From: Trypethelium eluteriae
Lineage: Eukaryota
Assembly: GCA_051942245.1 (NCBI GenBank)
Contig: JAVECL010000253.1
Location: 1 to 32,655 of the forward strand
Length of the DNA: 32,655 bases
Direction of reading: 5' to 3'
A program made the translations under genes and the position numbers. Shown here in pieces: positions 1-12,386 of the stretch. Positions within the stretch are counted from its first letter, which is position 1. Every line of letters begins with the position of its first letter. Below the pieces are notes generated by a model that saw only the letters and a list, made by a program, of their open reading frames with translations, ran no database searches and was not told the origin of the DNA.

Positions 1-255
1 GAAGAGGGGATTGTCGGGTTGAGGGGGGAGGGGAGACGGCCGAGTACGACTGAGGCGAAGGTTAGGAAGCCGTTGGATGATGATGAGGAGGGGGATGAGG
101 ATGAGGTCGAGGAGCAGTGGATGCGTCGAAGTGGAAGGACGATACCGGGGGAGAGGAAGGAGCCGAGTCCGTTCGTGGACGAGGAGGCGGAGGAGGACAG
201 CGGTGAGGATAGTGAGGGTCTGATTGAGATTGGGAGTCGTAGGCGTACGAGTTAG
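1..255 (+). CDS. 3' end of a gene running in from upstream; acidic D/E-rich C-terminus, product uncertain (weakly recalls the tails of SIT4-associated SAPS proteins)
   Basis: Frame 1 is open from base 1 to TAG 253-255 (EEGIVGLRGEGRRPSTTEAKVRKPLDDDEE...GLIEIGSRRRTS*), with purine-rich coding-like composition. Confidence 0.6.
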   Translation, partial: EEGIVGLRGEGRRPSTTEAKVRKPLDDDEEGDEDEVEEQWMRRSGRTIPGERKEPSPFVDEEAEEDSGEDSEGLIEIGSRRRTS

Positions 256-3200
256 GATGCTGAGTTTCCCCCAAGGGTTGGGTATCATGGCACGGAGTGT
301 GCATCTGTAAGATACCATGTCCGGAGTTGGATGGAAGCCAAGCAGTGTTTTCGGATGGCGTGTCGGGTGGACCTACACTGTGAATGTTGACGAATGCTAT
401 CTATACCTTCGCTCTCACATCCGCCTGGCAATTTCATACACCTGCGCATCACAAGCCTTGTCACGAAGTCATGCACGAAGTCTTCGCGCTGTGTAAACTC
501 TAAAAATTCTATACTAAGGACCCAATCACAAGAATTCACTTGCTGCGTCGAAAAACTTTACAGCACTCCTCCAATCCCGATCTTCAGCTCTATTGTCCTC
601 ATCACGAGGGTTCTTCATTCTATCAGCCACTCTCAAACTCAAAGCAATTCGACCAGTTTAGTAATCGTGATGCTGAACGAACGCAAGAAGCTGTCCGCAG
701 CTATGGCGATGCGATGCTCGCCATCGTCGATTCCAACATTACATCGCAAGCAGAAACCGGGGGCCTCAAACCTTGTGAGGAGCATGTTGTTTTCATTCGA
801 CGTCTAACCTGAAGTCCAAAGTCTTTATAGTATGAAATATTGCTTTCTACTCTGTCGGTAGCAGCTAGAGAGGCTATGTGGTGCGACATGTTTCGCGATG
901 CGCACCAAGTCGCAGCTGAGAGGATCGACTGTTTCAACCACCCTCTTGCAGCAAATCTACAGCCACGACGGCCTGGTCAAGACCTGCAATTGTAAAATTG
1001 TCGTTTCGAGAATGATTCAGTGAGCAATTGCGACGGACAAAAAAATACGTGTTGGTCCGGACAATCCGCAGGAATAAGGTTATGTCCCGGAGACCACAGC
1101 CTCACCAGGGCGCATCGCCGTTCACGAGCGCGTCGCCGACCTCAGCCGTTTCATATACACTGGGCCTATCGCGTTGTCATTGTCAAACGGGTTATCAGTC
1201 AGCGCTTGAAAGAAGGCATTAGTTACTGAGGGGCACCGGCGGTCCACAAAGGACCACTCAGGGATCAGCGCTTAGGACTAACTACTGGCAGCTGTCGTAC
1301 TTGACTCGTCAACTGAAGAGGCGCAAAACTTGGCACGTCGTGAACAAAGAAATGTACATTGTTGGGTGCGAAAGAGATGGGGAACTCCGTGCATTAAGTT
1401 CGGCTCAAGACAGTCCGTCGCAGAAGCAAATGCAGTACCTATTCCTCTCAAAGGCCTCGGCTTGACTCTCTCCGTATGATTTATAGGGTTCGCTTCGAAC
1501 TACACTACTGAGCACGAGACACCCTCCTCTCGGTAGAAGGTCCACAGAACATTGTCGGATGACCGATCCACCCACCGCACCCTTCAAGCTGCAGCCCGGC
1601 TGCGCAGCCTCACGGACCAGATGATGAAAGAGCCTGGCGCCCAATGTGGGCGGCGTAACGCCTGTCAGAAGCAAGACACGGCCCCGAAAAAACTCCAACA
1701 AGACGCAAAAGTGCAAAGATTTGCGGCCTCGCCGCTGGAGGATTGGTGGCACTGTTCATCGTCCAGCCAATGTGCTGCGAGTCGGGAGGAATCCTTACCG
1801 GCTAACTTGACCTTCTCGAAGAACCGAAGAATTCAGGCCGCTCTAATCAGTGCTAAGCTCCTCAGCCACAGAAGCGCGACGTCACTCAAGCAGCCGCGGG
1901 GCGACAGGGGCACTGTCTTCATCCTCATTCGCCATCGCCCTCTCATCAGTATGCGCCAGTGCTGGCTTCGTCCTGCCCTTACGCGGTCTCTCCGCGCTTC
2001 AGCCACCGGTAGGTATGCGTGTAACGCTTGCGTTGCTTGCAGTGCAGCTGCTATGGAAGGAGACGTTCCCGAGCACTATTGGCGGATGTCGTTGTTGATC
2101 GAGGCTGGTGGTTGCGACCGTGATGGCTGGATACAGGCATTTGGCCACCCACCAGGTCCAGCACGATTGCGGATCATGAGAACGCGTGAGAAGATGACCA
2201 AAACCTGCGCACCAGTGCCCAGCCCTGGGATGGAATCAGGTTATGAATATTTATCTGATCTCGCGCCAGGCAGCTTTCATTCGCTTCCTGTAGAAATCTG
2301 CCTCACCCCGTCCGCAAGCTCTCAACCAAAGGTTCATTCCGGTGCCACCTCTTGGATCGACAGTCCCAGCCACCTTCATGCGATGAAATATTAATCCCGC
2401 AGTGACCCTTCAGGAAGGAAGTGTCAGCAAGCAACCAAAAGCAGCCATACTACCACACTGTTCTCGATCTGACACCCCTCCTGGCTTAAGCGTTCTTTGT
2501 CGACTACTGAACCTTGCAGCTCGTTGCATGTCGCAAGTTGGTTAACGAGAAAAATCGTGCGGAACACGGACGCCTACGTCGCAACCACTCGAGGGACATC
2601 TGGCGGCTCTGGCTGGTGGAAGCGCTGCAAACGTTTCCCACCGCTACGAATCGATCATTCGGGTCGGCAATAGGGTTGAAACGCCTTGCCCCTAGACTTC
2701 TGCATACCGTCCAGCGAAGAGGCTGAGACAGCCTATCGAAGTTTGCCAGACCGTTTGGCCTGCCGCGCGAACCAGGACTGGGCGAACAGCCATCTCCCAG
2801 GGTCAAGCCTAGCGAGCCACAAGTTACCCAATCATTCCCCAGCCCTTAGCACCCCACGTCTGAATTCCATACAAGAGAGACAACTCATCTAAAAAGAGCT
2901 CGAGATCAGTCTTCGAAGGATCCCTCTCTCGGCGGCTTCTTGCTGAAGAATAAGAATCATCAATCTCGCTGCTCCAAAGCCTTGTCTATCATCTTCATCT
3001 TTTTCATTAATACACATTCCGACTAAACCATCTCGCCAATCTTCTTGGCTCCTCCCTGCAGCCACCCCTGATCTCCCGCACGAACCACTCCAACCCGTCA
3101 GATAGCTTCCTTTGACAGGCAAGCTCGGCGACCCCAGGATCCTCCAAACTTCCACCAACAAGTCAGCGGCCGTGCTTTCGTCCTCCTTTCTCAGGACCAT

Positions 3201-3634
3201 CCGATCACTACCAAAAGAAACGTCATCCGCCGGTCGGAGCTTCTGCATCTCACACACTCGGAAGCCCCGTCCTTCCATTCCTAGATTTTTAAACCATTCT
3301 TTAAAAGCACTTCCGGCCGCTTCGACAGCGACCCAAGGAGGAATAAGCTCCGTACGATCATTGCAGCTCGAGCCGAATTCTCCGCCTGTCACTTTAGCAT
3401 TTTTACGTGTCACTGTACTTTGAGTCGTATTTTACTATTCACTCAGGAGGCTCTTGCTCACCTTCGCCCTTCCTAACCGACACTCTTTCAATAATCTAAC
3501 GCACCGTCTTCCTCCTTCCTTCGCGCTCGGCTGTTGGCATTATTCATTGATCAATAGTTTGGGAAAAGATTTATATTCTCCTGCCATCCACGGTACTTCA
3601 TCCTCCCACCGAGCATTCACACCCAAGTCCAAAC

Positions 3635-4753
3635 ATGGCGTTCTCCACCTCCTCCGCCGCGCAGAACAAAGCAGCATTGGACTATTTTGTCCATTTGCCA
3701 GTTTCTAGGGACATGATCAGCTATCTAGCAGCGAAAGCTTCGCAGGTCATTCGATGCGATCCTGAACCGCATCTTAACAAGAATCTTCCTCCTACGCCAC
3801 CAGCAACACCACCTCAACAGGCAGCTCCGGCTTTCACGAGGGAAGCTGGTCTACCATCTGTCGAAGCCTTCATCACTTCCTTGGTGGAGAAATCCCATGT
3901 CCAGGTCCCCACCCTCATGTCTTCTCTTGTCTACCTCGACCGGCTACAAAGGAAGCTTCCCCCGGTGGCCAAGGGCATGCGTTGCACTGTTCATCGCATT
4001 TTCCTTGCCTCCCTCATTCTCGCGGCGAAGAACTTAAACGATTCGTCTCCCAAGAACAAACATTGGGCTCGATATACCTCTGTTCAAGGCTTCGAGCAGT
4101 TTGGGTTCTCAATCACCGAAGTCAATCTCATGGAGAAGCAGCTCCTTTGTCTTCTTGAGTGGGATCTCAGGATCACGCAGGAGGATCTGTACTACCAATT
4201 CGAACCCTTCTTGGCGCCAATTCGATCTTATCAACAACGTCAGATGGAGAAGGCGCAGCAGCAAGAGAAGGAGCTTTATGCACAGAGACAGCGGGAACTC
4301 TACATGCAACCTGAATTGAGCCGGTCACGACCTGTTATTGTTCGTGCTTATGACACGCCCGAGAGTTACAAATCACACTCAAGGAGTGAGGCCTCACGGT
4401 CATCGTCACGAGCAGCATCACGAACGCCTTCATTGTCCCCACCCTCTCGCAGTAGCGCATCGTCTTCGGCATCTTCAGTCGATTCACTGTCTAGTGGGTC
4501 GCCCGTTTCCTTCATGGAACCTTATCTCGACCCCGCCGATGAGATTCCAGTGCACCACTATGACACTTCCGAAGCCGCAACACTGGTGCAAATTGCGGCA
4601 CCATCCCACAAGCAATCTTCTCTGCATCCGTTGTCGCTTAGCGACGAAAAGCCGGCTAAGAAACTCAAGACGAGTTCCGGCAATCTCTTCTCACGCCTTC
4701 TTGGATCCAGCGGCATGTACTCTAGGCAGCAGGTTGCCGCCACAGCTATGTGA
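3635..4753 (+). CDS. PCL1: Pho85 cyclin of the Pcl1/Pcl2 family, 372 aa, intronless
   Basis: Cyclin-box motifs LPSVEAFITSLVEKSHVQVPTLMSSLVYLDRL, HRIFLASLILAAKNLNDSSPKNKHWA and EVNLMEKQLLCLLEWDL; Ser-rich tail; AAACATGG start context. Confidence 0.9.
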   Translation: MAFSTSSAAQNKAALDYFVHLPVSRDMISYLAAKASQVIRCDPEPHLNKNLPPTPPATPPQQAAPAFTREAGLPSVEAFITSLVEKSHVQVPTLMSSLVYLDRLQRKLPPVAKGMRCTVHRIFLASLILAAKNLNDSSPKNKHWARYTSVQGFEQFGFSITEVNLMEKQLLCLLEWDLRITQEDLYYQFEPFLAPIRSYQQRQMEKAQQQEKELYAQRQRELYMQPELSRSRPVIVRAYDTPESYKSHSRSEASRSSSRAASRTPSLSPPSRSSASSSASSVDSLSSGSPVSFMEPYLDPADEIPVHHYDTSEAATLVQIAAPSHKQSSLHPLSLSDEKPAKKLKTSSGNLFSRLLGSSGMYSRQQVAATAM

Positions 4754-5212
4754 ACAGGCCGGGTAATTACCTTTTTTTTCTCGGGTCACTGGTTGGATGG
4801 GTGCAGGCTCATTTTGGATGAATATGCGTTCTGCAGCGATAGAATATGCCGTCACGATTCTCCTTGGCTTGTGGGACTACCATTTCACCATCATCTCGTG
4901 GGACGGGAAAGCTGCAGGGACCTGCAGGCCAGGGGCTTTCTGTCCGATCTAGCATCATATACCATAGCATTGCGCGGCGTTGCATACTGTATTTTCTAGC
5001 GTTGTTTTGGGATGGGTAATTGGGGGCTTTCGGAAGAATTCAGGAGCAATGGCTTCAAAGAAGATAGTGATGAACAAGGATCAACGCGGAAAACGAAAGC
5101 ACGCAAGACGATCAGATCTTCTCTGTTTAGTTAAGCGAAACCGCGATGATGAAATGAAATTAATACAAAGGCAGTTATAGAACCACCTTATTCGCGACGA
5201 AGCTGAAATGAA

Positions 5213-5240
5213 CTGTCTCTCCCTGTCTCTCCCTGTCTCT
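5213..5240 (+). repeat. 10-bp tandem repeat (CTGTCTCTCC) x ~2.8
   Basis: Read directly: ctgtctctcc ctgtctctcc ctgtctct. Confidence 0.7.
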
Positions 5241-5781
5241 ACCCCAGACAGCGACGGGGGGGTATTGCTTGAGCCGCCTTGAGTCGGTCGGCTGCTTCAC
5301 CCTTGACCGCCAGGCCCTTGGTGCCCTTGGTGACCTTGATGGCGTGGAATGGCTCCACGAGTCTGTTCGGGGGTTGATTGTTTTACCGTTTCTTTGAAAC
5401 CGAGGGGCCCTCTAGGGGCTGAGACGGTCGACGAATGATCTGCGCGCCACTGCCTGCCTTGCTTCCCGCCTTTTCTTGGCAGGGATGCCGCATTGGGAAT
5501 CGGGGAATTCAGGCTTCCCACTTGCATAGTCGCCTAATGCGTGCCGTCCCATTGGGGTCTGCAGATGAGTCGACTTCGCCACTCCCGCCTAGAGCCATCA
5601 CCCTATCGATAACCGTCCGATCAGATCGGTGCTTATCCTAAAACAGCTAAGCCTCTCTCTCGCTTAATCACTGACATAATGGCGAATACTTTTTTCTCTA
5701 TCGAAGAAACTGGAGCACTTGTTACGAAGTACAGTATCCCAGCGCCTGCCCAATAATCTCCTTGGGCAGGACACTCGAGTC

Positions 5782-7312
5782 ATGCCACCCCCTCCCTGCG
5801 CCATCTGCAATACGGATCGCGCTCTCATCCTCCGGCCCAAGAACCACCAACGCCTCTGCAAAACCTGTTTCCTCTCCATCTTCGAGGCCGAGATCCACCA
5901 CACCATCACTACCTCCGCGCTCTTCTTTCGCGGGGAACGTGTCGCCATCGGCGCCTCCGGTGGCAAAGATAGCACCGTGCTCGCTTCGGTCCTCAAGACG
6001 CTTAACGAGCGCTACGACTATGGTCTCGACCTCGTGCTACTCTCCATCGACGAAGGGATTAAGGGCTATCGCGATGACTCGCTCGAGACGGTGAAGCGCA
6101 ATGCGCAGCAGTACGACATGCCGCTACAGATTGTCGGCTATGACGAGCTATACGGCTGGACCATGGATCAGGTGGTAGAGCAGATTGGGAAGAAGGGGAA
6201 TTGTACATATTGTGGGGTCTTTCGGCGGCAGGCTTTAGATCGCGGCGCCGCAAGATTGGGAGTCAGACACGTGGTAACGGGGCACAACGCGGACGATGTG
6301 GCGGAGACGGTGATGATGAATCGTAAGTATTGTCCTTGCCTTCTATTGACTCTTGCGTGCCGCGGATGTGTGCCGTGTCGCCCCATTGAAGCATTTCTAA
6401 ATTACATACGCCGCAGTCCTCCGTGGTGACCTCCCACGCCTCGCACGAAGCACATCTATTGTGACCTCGACGCCCTCATCAACATCGACGTCAGAGATTA
6501 CGAATATTAAACGCAGCAAGCCGCTCAAATATGCTTACGAAAAGGAGATCGTTCTTTATGCGCACCACAAGAAACTTGACTACTTCAGCACTGAATGCAT
6601 ATACTCTCCGGAGGCCTTTCGCGGCTCCGCTCGAGCACTAATCAAGAACTTGGAGCGAATACGACCGAGCAGTATTCTAGATGTTGTCAAGAGCGGGGAA
6701 GATATGGCGAAATTGGTACCTGGAGCGGGAGATAGCAAGTGTGCTGGTGGGTGTGGCAAGCACGGTCACGCTGTAGACGACATCGTCGATGATGCTGCGA
6801 AAGGAGGCTGTGGAAGAGAAGAGGGCCAGGGTGGTGACGAAGAAATGAGGGCCATGGAAAAGAGGCTTGAGGCGAACGACAAGGTCGCAAGCGAGGATCG
6901 AGAGATGGAAATGACATCAAACACAAGGAGAGCCAGTCAAAATTATGATAGAAACGGGGGAGTGATAAGTGGAACAAGTGCAGGTCTAGTCCAGCACGAC
7001 AATACGGAAATTTTGAAGACTTGTGACGGTCAATGGCACGATAGAGATACGCCAATTGATACTTCTAAGGGAAAGCCGAAGAGGAGCAAAGGCGCTGCTG
7101 TCACACCTCGGAAGTTGCCACAACAAAAGATGGGTCAGTGTGAACGCTGCGGATACCTCTCCAGTCAGCCGATTTGCAAAGCATGTATGCTCCTTGAGGG
7201 ACTTAACAAGAATCGACCGAAGACGGCCATATCGGTTGGGGTTGACGACGAGGAAGGTGGTGCTGAGCGAATGCAGAAAGGCATGGAAGGATTAACGCTA
7301 ACAGGTGCTTAA
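5782..7312 (+). CDS. NCS6: Cytoplasmic tRNA 2-thiolation protein 1; exons 5782-6322 and 6417-7312
   Basis: N-terminal CxxC pairs, PP-loop [27 protein letters not shown]-terminal CERCGY...CKAC. Intron 6323-6416 (GTAAGT...CTAAA...CAG) restores [11 protein letters not shown]. Confidence 0.95.
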
Positions 7313-8640
7313 TCGGACAGACTCATCTCGCCATATGGCCATTACGTTGTTGTCGCAATAACGGAGCTATATCGCCTACTTCGGTATTCCCAATACTTTT
7401 TACGTACTGCGTGGTTAGATGCGCCAGTCATGTTGGAAAGCTCGAGCCCTGTCGTTCCTTGACACAGGAACCCAACATTCATCGGCCATAGCCGTGTTCA
7501 ACCTTTGCCGCAGTCTCGTCGCAGAATATCTCCGGGACTGTAAAGCAAGGTATGGGCTGAGTTGTTGGTAATTTCTTTATGTGCTTGGGCGACGATCGCT
7601 TTAGGTATATCGGACAGGCGGAAAAGGCTGAATGAAAAGATTTTCACTCCCTACAGGCAACCCAGACACGCATACAACTCATCCTGCAGTGCGAGAGTCG
7701 ATTGGAGCATGGCAAGAATCGACTAAAGAGTCCTAAAAGAAAGAAAATCCAATGAGTCGAATTCTGCTTTTGGCCTGCCTGCCTTGGTTCTGGCAATGCT
7801 GTCACGCAAGAAAATCCCTCATTGCATGCTACGGAGCCTGCTAGCAAAGTCTTCGGTTCTGATTTCTCAGCTGGCGCCTCCATTTTCGCCTGCGGATAAC
7901 CCAGATCTTGAAGAATGATCGTCACGCACTGGTGCGTCATATGAGTCCATAAGATTCACTTGTTTCGCCCTGGTTTAATCTTGGCAATGATCTCTTCAAG
8001 GATTGTACCAAAATATGTGCCCAAATATCTAAGCCCATTGCAGGCAAGCTTTAAGATATGGAAAGCAAGGGGGAAGGCTGCTCCATCGCTTTCCTCATAT
8101 TAACGGAAGCATGGGCCTCTCAAGATCAAATCACAGGTTCACTACACTTCCATCGCACTGCAGCTCGAGGAAGTGTTTCTTTATCCATGTCCAATTCCAC
8201 TTAGATGTCGCAACAAATATGATAGGGCTGGGAAGCTTGTTGCACTTACTATCAATCGTGATGCTATGTGCGCATCTAAAACAATGACCACGGCAGCACT
8301 CATCCAGCAGATTCCTCCGGTCTGTCTCTGTAATCACTATCATTTTTTTCCTCAGAATTATTCCATACCGCCAGCTTTGATAGAGATAATCTGGATGGTC
8401 TTGGTCTTTCTTGCTAGTGTTAGAGAATAGGTCGTGGGCTTGAAAGGGGATAGAAGCATTCCGGCAACGGAGATCTAATCGAAGTCGGGAATGTGAAGAA
8501 ACGTTTCAGAAGCATCACATTCAAATTAGGATAATGCATCAGTAAAATTGGATACTTTCGAATTTCCTATATATAGTTACCATCCCCACCAAGGATCAAG
8601 TCGTATAAAACCTCACAGCACGGGCTAGCCACTGCTGAGC

Positions 8641-9615
8641 TCATCTAACAGACTTCTTCCTCGAGGAAAGTGTCGCCGGCCGCCTCTTCCGCGCCATCTG
8701 AGGCTCATAATCGTCATCATATGTTCTACATTTCCGCTTTGCGGACTCCTTTGGCGGATGTCGACATCGCGCCTCTCCACACATACATATCCTCGACTTT
8801 TGGAAGAAGTCATCACCGTAGTCGAAGGTTAACTCCTCCCCACTCCGGATCTCCCTAACCGTCTGCAGTGCCAACACCTTCGTCTTCCCAACCCGCATCT
8901 CGAAGACCTCACAATTGGGCGGACACGAATGGTTGACAAACCGCACCCACCCACCATCGTAAAAACCGTCTATCATAGCCATCCCCTGCTTCCCTTCGTC
9001 CTCTCTCCCGATCCCAATCTCCATCGCATGGGTATCGCGGAAGCCTGGCAGATCCTCTCTAAGCGTCAGCATACCGGTGTAGTCACCGATAAACGTCTTC
9101 TGAGGGATGCTACTTCCGCAAATGACGAACACACCGATGCCCTTGCCATGCGTCTCCCTCAGCTCGAGGCGAGAACCAAAGGTAGAGAGGGAGGCGGCGC
9201 GCCGGACACTTAGTTCGCATCCGCACCAGTAGCCTGCTGGGTTGCGGCAGGCATGTCCGATGCATTGGAGGAATGGATCAGAGACAGCATTGAGGATAGA
9301 GGAGGGCTCAGTCGGGTCCCAGACATGGACGGACTTGAGGTGACGGGGCTTGGGTACGTTGTTCCAGTTCGGGTGGAGCGTGACGTGGTTTTGGAAGCCA
9401 GGCTCGGCCTCGAAGCTGGTCCCAAGGTGGTCTGTATACGCCATGTTGGCAACCCTAACACTGCCGTCAAAGGCTATATATTGGAAGTCATCTCTGTTTT
9501 GGTCAATGCGGGCTTTCGAGATTGGGGTTGGTGTGCTTACTATGGCTGGCTTCACATCTGTCCCAAACACCTTGTGGCTTACCTGAGCCGAAGTGTCGAA
9601 GTATATAGAAGCCAT
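8641..9615 (-). CDS. Small SET-domain protein (putative lysine methyltransferase) with post-SET cysteines, ~324 aa; 5' exon structure uncertain
   Basis: GKGIGVF, FIGDYTG, RFVNHSCPPNC, GEELTFDYG, post-SET CMCGEARC, basic tail. ATG in CATCATGG context at 9615; TATATATATA at ~9723-9732. Confidence 0.85.
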   Translation of the reverse strand: MASIYFDTSAQVSHKVFGTDVKPAIVSTPTPISKARIDQNRDDFQYIAFDGSVRVANMAYTDHLGTSFEAEPGFQNHVTLHPNWNNVPKPRHLKSVHVWDPTEPSSILNAVSDPFLQCIGHACRNPAGYWCGCELSVRRAASLSTFGSRLELRETHGKGIGVFVICGSSIPQKTFIGDYTGMLTLREDLPGFRDTHAMEIGIGREDEGKQGMAMIDGFYDGGWVRFVNHSCPPNCEVFEMRVGKTKVLALQTVREIRSGEELTFDYGDDFFQKSRICMCGEARCRHPPKESAKRKCRTYDDDYEPQMARKRRPATLSSRKKSVR

Positions 9616-11614
9616 GATGCTTGATTTGTTAGAAGTATGAGAAGATGGTTTGTATGGCGGGTGACGATATTGACTCCAGGTCAAGTAATGAAGATGACTG
9701 ACCAGTATCACATTTAAGGCGCTATATATATAGTGCTGTTACCACATATGTGTGATCCGTGTCTCCGTAACTGGTTGAGACGGTGGCAAAAGTGCGTCGC
9801 ACTGTGAACAGACGATAGAAGGGCGATAAGGCCACAGACTTGCGCCTGGCAAAAAAATCTACCTAGTAAGGACTATCGGCGGAGGCATACTATGAAGGGT
9901 AAATTCATTCACTGAATAATTAGCCATCGGTAAAAGAGCCTGAAGTTTGCACCTGGCATCGTTTGCAGCTGTCGACAGTCGTTCGGTCTGTGAAAGACAG
10001 GGAGGCGGGCTTCAGGTGCTAATTTGTGACCCGCGTGGATGATATAGATGCTATGGCCGTATTTCCGTTGCAGTTAGAATTGCAGACGAGAGCATAATGA
10101 AAAGTCCTATGTCCCTCTTTTATCGAGCCGGGTAGTCTTCTCCATCAAGCAAATGTAGTAATGTCAAGGTACTACTCTACGGAAGACAGGAAGAAAATCT
10201 AACGGGGATCCCGGTGTCGCGAGCCACCCACCGTAGTGAGCCAAAACATGGATACTTTGCGTTTGGAGCAATCTTAACTTCGCATGCACACTTTTTTTGT
10301 ATGATACCTGATAAGTCGTGTGGTTTGACCGCCCATGAACCCTGGAGACGCGACTTAATTGAAATTACGCCGGCGTCACCGCGTCGCAGCACTACCACTG
10401 AGCTTTTTCGCCTTGAGAACTCGTAGAGCGGGTTGATCTTGGTCTCCGAGTCTCACTACGATGCTCAATGGTCATTGTCAGCCTTGTGAATGCAGTGGCG
10501 CGCTGCGTTATCCAATGTTGCCCCATTAGCTGGTACCTCGAGTCAAAGTGGTCAGGGATTCCTAGTCAAAATCGCGCACGTCCTGCATCATAATTGCGCG
10601 TCAGTATGTCGGCCCTAATAAGAGCATGTTCCTCTCATTCTCCAAAGGCGCCAGAACTTGTTGCTCGACGGTCTGTGAGAACGCCTGATCCGACAAGCTT
10701 GCCCTTGGCTTCATAAAGCACTGGAGACAATACGATATAGCCGCCAGAAATGCGAAGGAGAACTCATTCTCACTTTCTTGTAACCACCGACGCGCAGCTT
10801 GTAGATGTGAGATTTCGGTGTATTGATCATGCTGCCCGCGGTCTCCGTCCTCAAGGTGTTCCTCAATTGGGAGCGCCGAGCATATTTCGAGAAGCATGAC
10901 GCCCAGAGCCAGGATTTTCGAGGAGTCAGTGATATCGCCGCTGCTACAGTGAACTAGCGGAGTCTTTTGCTTATGCTCACGAGTTAGATATGGATGTTTC
11001 AAGTCAACACTGATTCCATGGGTGGAGTCTGCAACCTTCGCCCTGAAAAAGATGATATCTCTCTTATTCCAAGTACCTTGAAGCCAAGGCGTGTGGCTTA
11101 ATTGCAGCAGTGACGATACAAGTGTGATGGATAGATCGTACTGTTCTCTCTGACTGAAAGTCCAAGACTTCCCCTTAAGAATGTCCTCAAGACTGACTCC
11201 ACCGTGCATGTGAGCAGCATCACGCTGAGCACTGTATGTGCCTCGAAGGTAACCTTCGCTATCAAGTCGGAATCCAATGCAAGGGTGACATGGGCCTTGG
11301 AGTATGGAACAGAGATTCGTGATGATTTGAAATTCAGAGGGATTGTGGCTCGGAGTGGAAGCAAGAGATGTGGTGCTGGCTGCACTCAGAGGCGCAGATT
11401 TTCGGACCTGGACAGCAGATCTGACAGTGGTCAGCAAGAAATGAGCGAAGCAATGAGCTTCTGATAACGGAGCGCATGCCTGCTTGATTGCGGAGGATCT
11501 GAGCTCTCTTCGAGCCGGATTTCCACGTCTAGCCATTTCTTCGATACCGAGGGTGGTGACTGCAGTAAAGACAAGCTGAAACAATTTAGATCGCACTGAT
11601 CCATGGTGACATGT

Positions 11615-11647
11615 TGCCGTTGCCGTTGCCGGTGCCGGTGCCGATGC
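11615..11647 (+). repeat. Hexanucleotide microsatellite (TGCCGN) x 5.5 encoding HRHRHRQRQRQ on the minus strand
   Basis: tgccgt tgccgt tgccgg tgccgg tgccga tgc. Confidence 0.85.
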
Positions 11648-12138
11648 AATTGTGACAATCTTTTCTTTGGCTTCTGGATGAGTCGCTGCTCAAGCAACAA
11701 CCCGGCGGCGTGCGATGAATGTTTTGAACACCATGTTTTGGTTAGGGTATTATACAGCTTCTTTGCATTGTTTCGGATAGTGTCGATAGGTAGTGTGGAC
11801 CCCGTTGTGCCCTCTGGTGTGTACAGCTCGTCGACTACAGCAATTTTATCCGCCTTGACTTGGAATTTGTCGAGCATGTCAATATAACGCCCAAGCTCTT
11901 CAAGCGATTCCTTTATTTTTCGTTTCTTCATGGTGAACTTCACCCGCCCTGAGACTTCGAGCTTCTGAAGTTTTCCGTCTACTTTTGCTGCTGCATGCTG
12001 ACTGATGATAGCCTCCAGCCTATCTCGAGTGAGATTTTCCACCCCACGCATATTCTCTAGCTTTTTTGCAATATCTATCATAATATTTTCAATATCACTA
12101 ACGGTCTCCTTATACGACTGATATGCATTGTCCAGATG

Positions 12139-12386
12139 TGATGATGTTCATGATGTTCTTCATGAAGTTGATCCAATCAACCTAGCCTACCGCGTAATCT
12201 CGCTATGCTCTACACGAGGGTCACTGCGCGAGATTCTCGAACCTACTACGTAGGTCCTCATTTTACTAGTTAATTAGGTTTTTTACTGTCCTCATTTTCA
12301 ATGAGGTTTATATAGAGCCCTTACCTCAGGTTACACAGAGAAATAAATCGAGTCCTTTTCTCCGAAAACGGTGTCTAACATCATCA
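12139..12386. mobile_element. Solo LTR (248 bp) of an LTR retrotransposon
   Basis: TG...CA ends, perfect 10-bp terminal inverted repeat TGATGATGTT/AACATCATCA, 5-bp target duplication AGATG at 12134-12138 and 12387-12391, internal TATA-like and AATAAA motifs. Excision restores the host reading frame. Confidence 0.85.

Noticed and set aside
1552..2394. 280-aa + strand ORF
   Set aside because: TTG start, no recognisable motif, Arg/Ser/Cys-rich composition typical of shadow frames; a decayed gene cannot be excluded.
2889..3413. 174-aa minus ORF upstream of PCL1
   Set aside because: Antisense to a pyrimidine-rich leader, non-ATG start, no motif.
7644..8430. Short ORFs between NCS6 and the SET gene
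   Set aside because: No joinable exon chain or recognisable domain.
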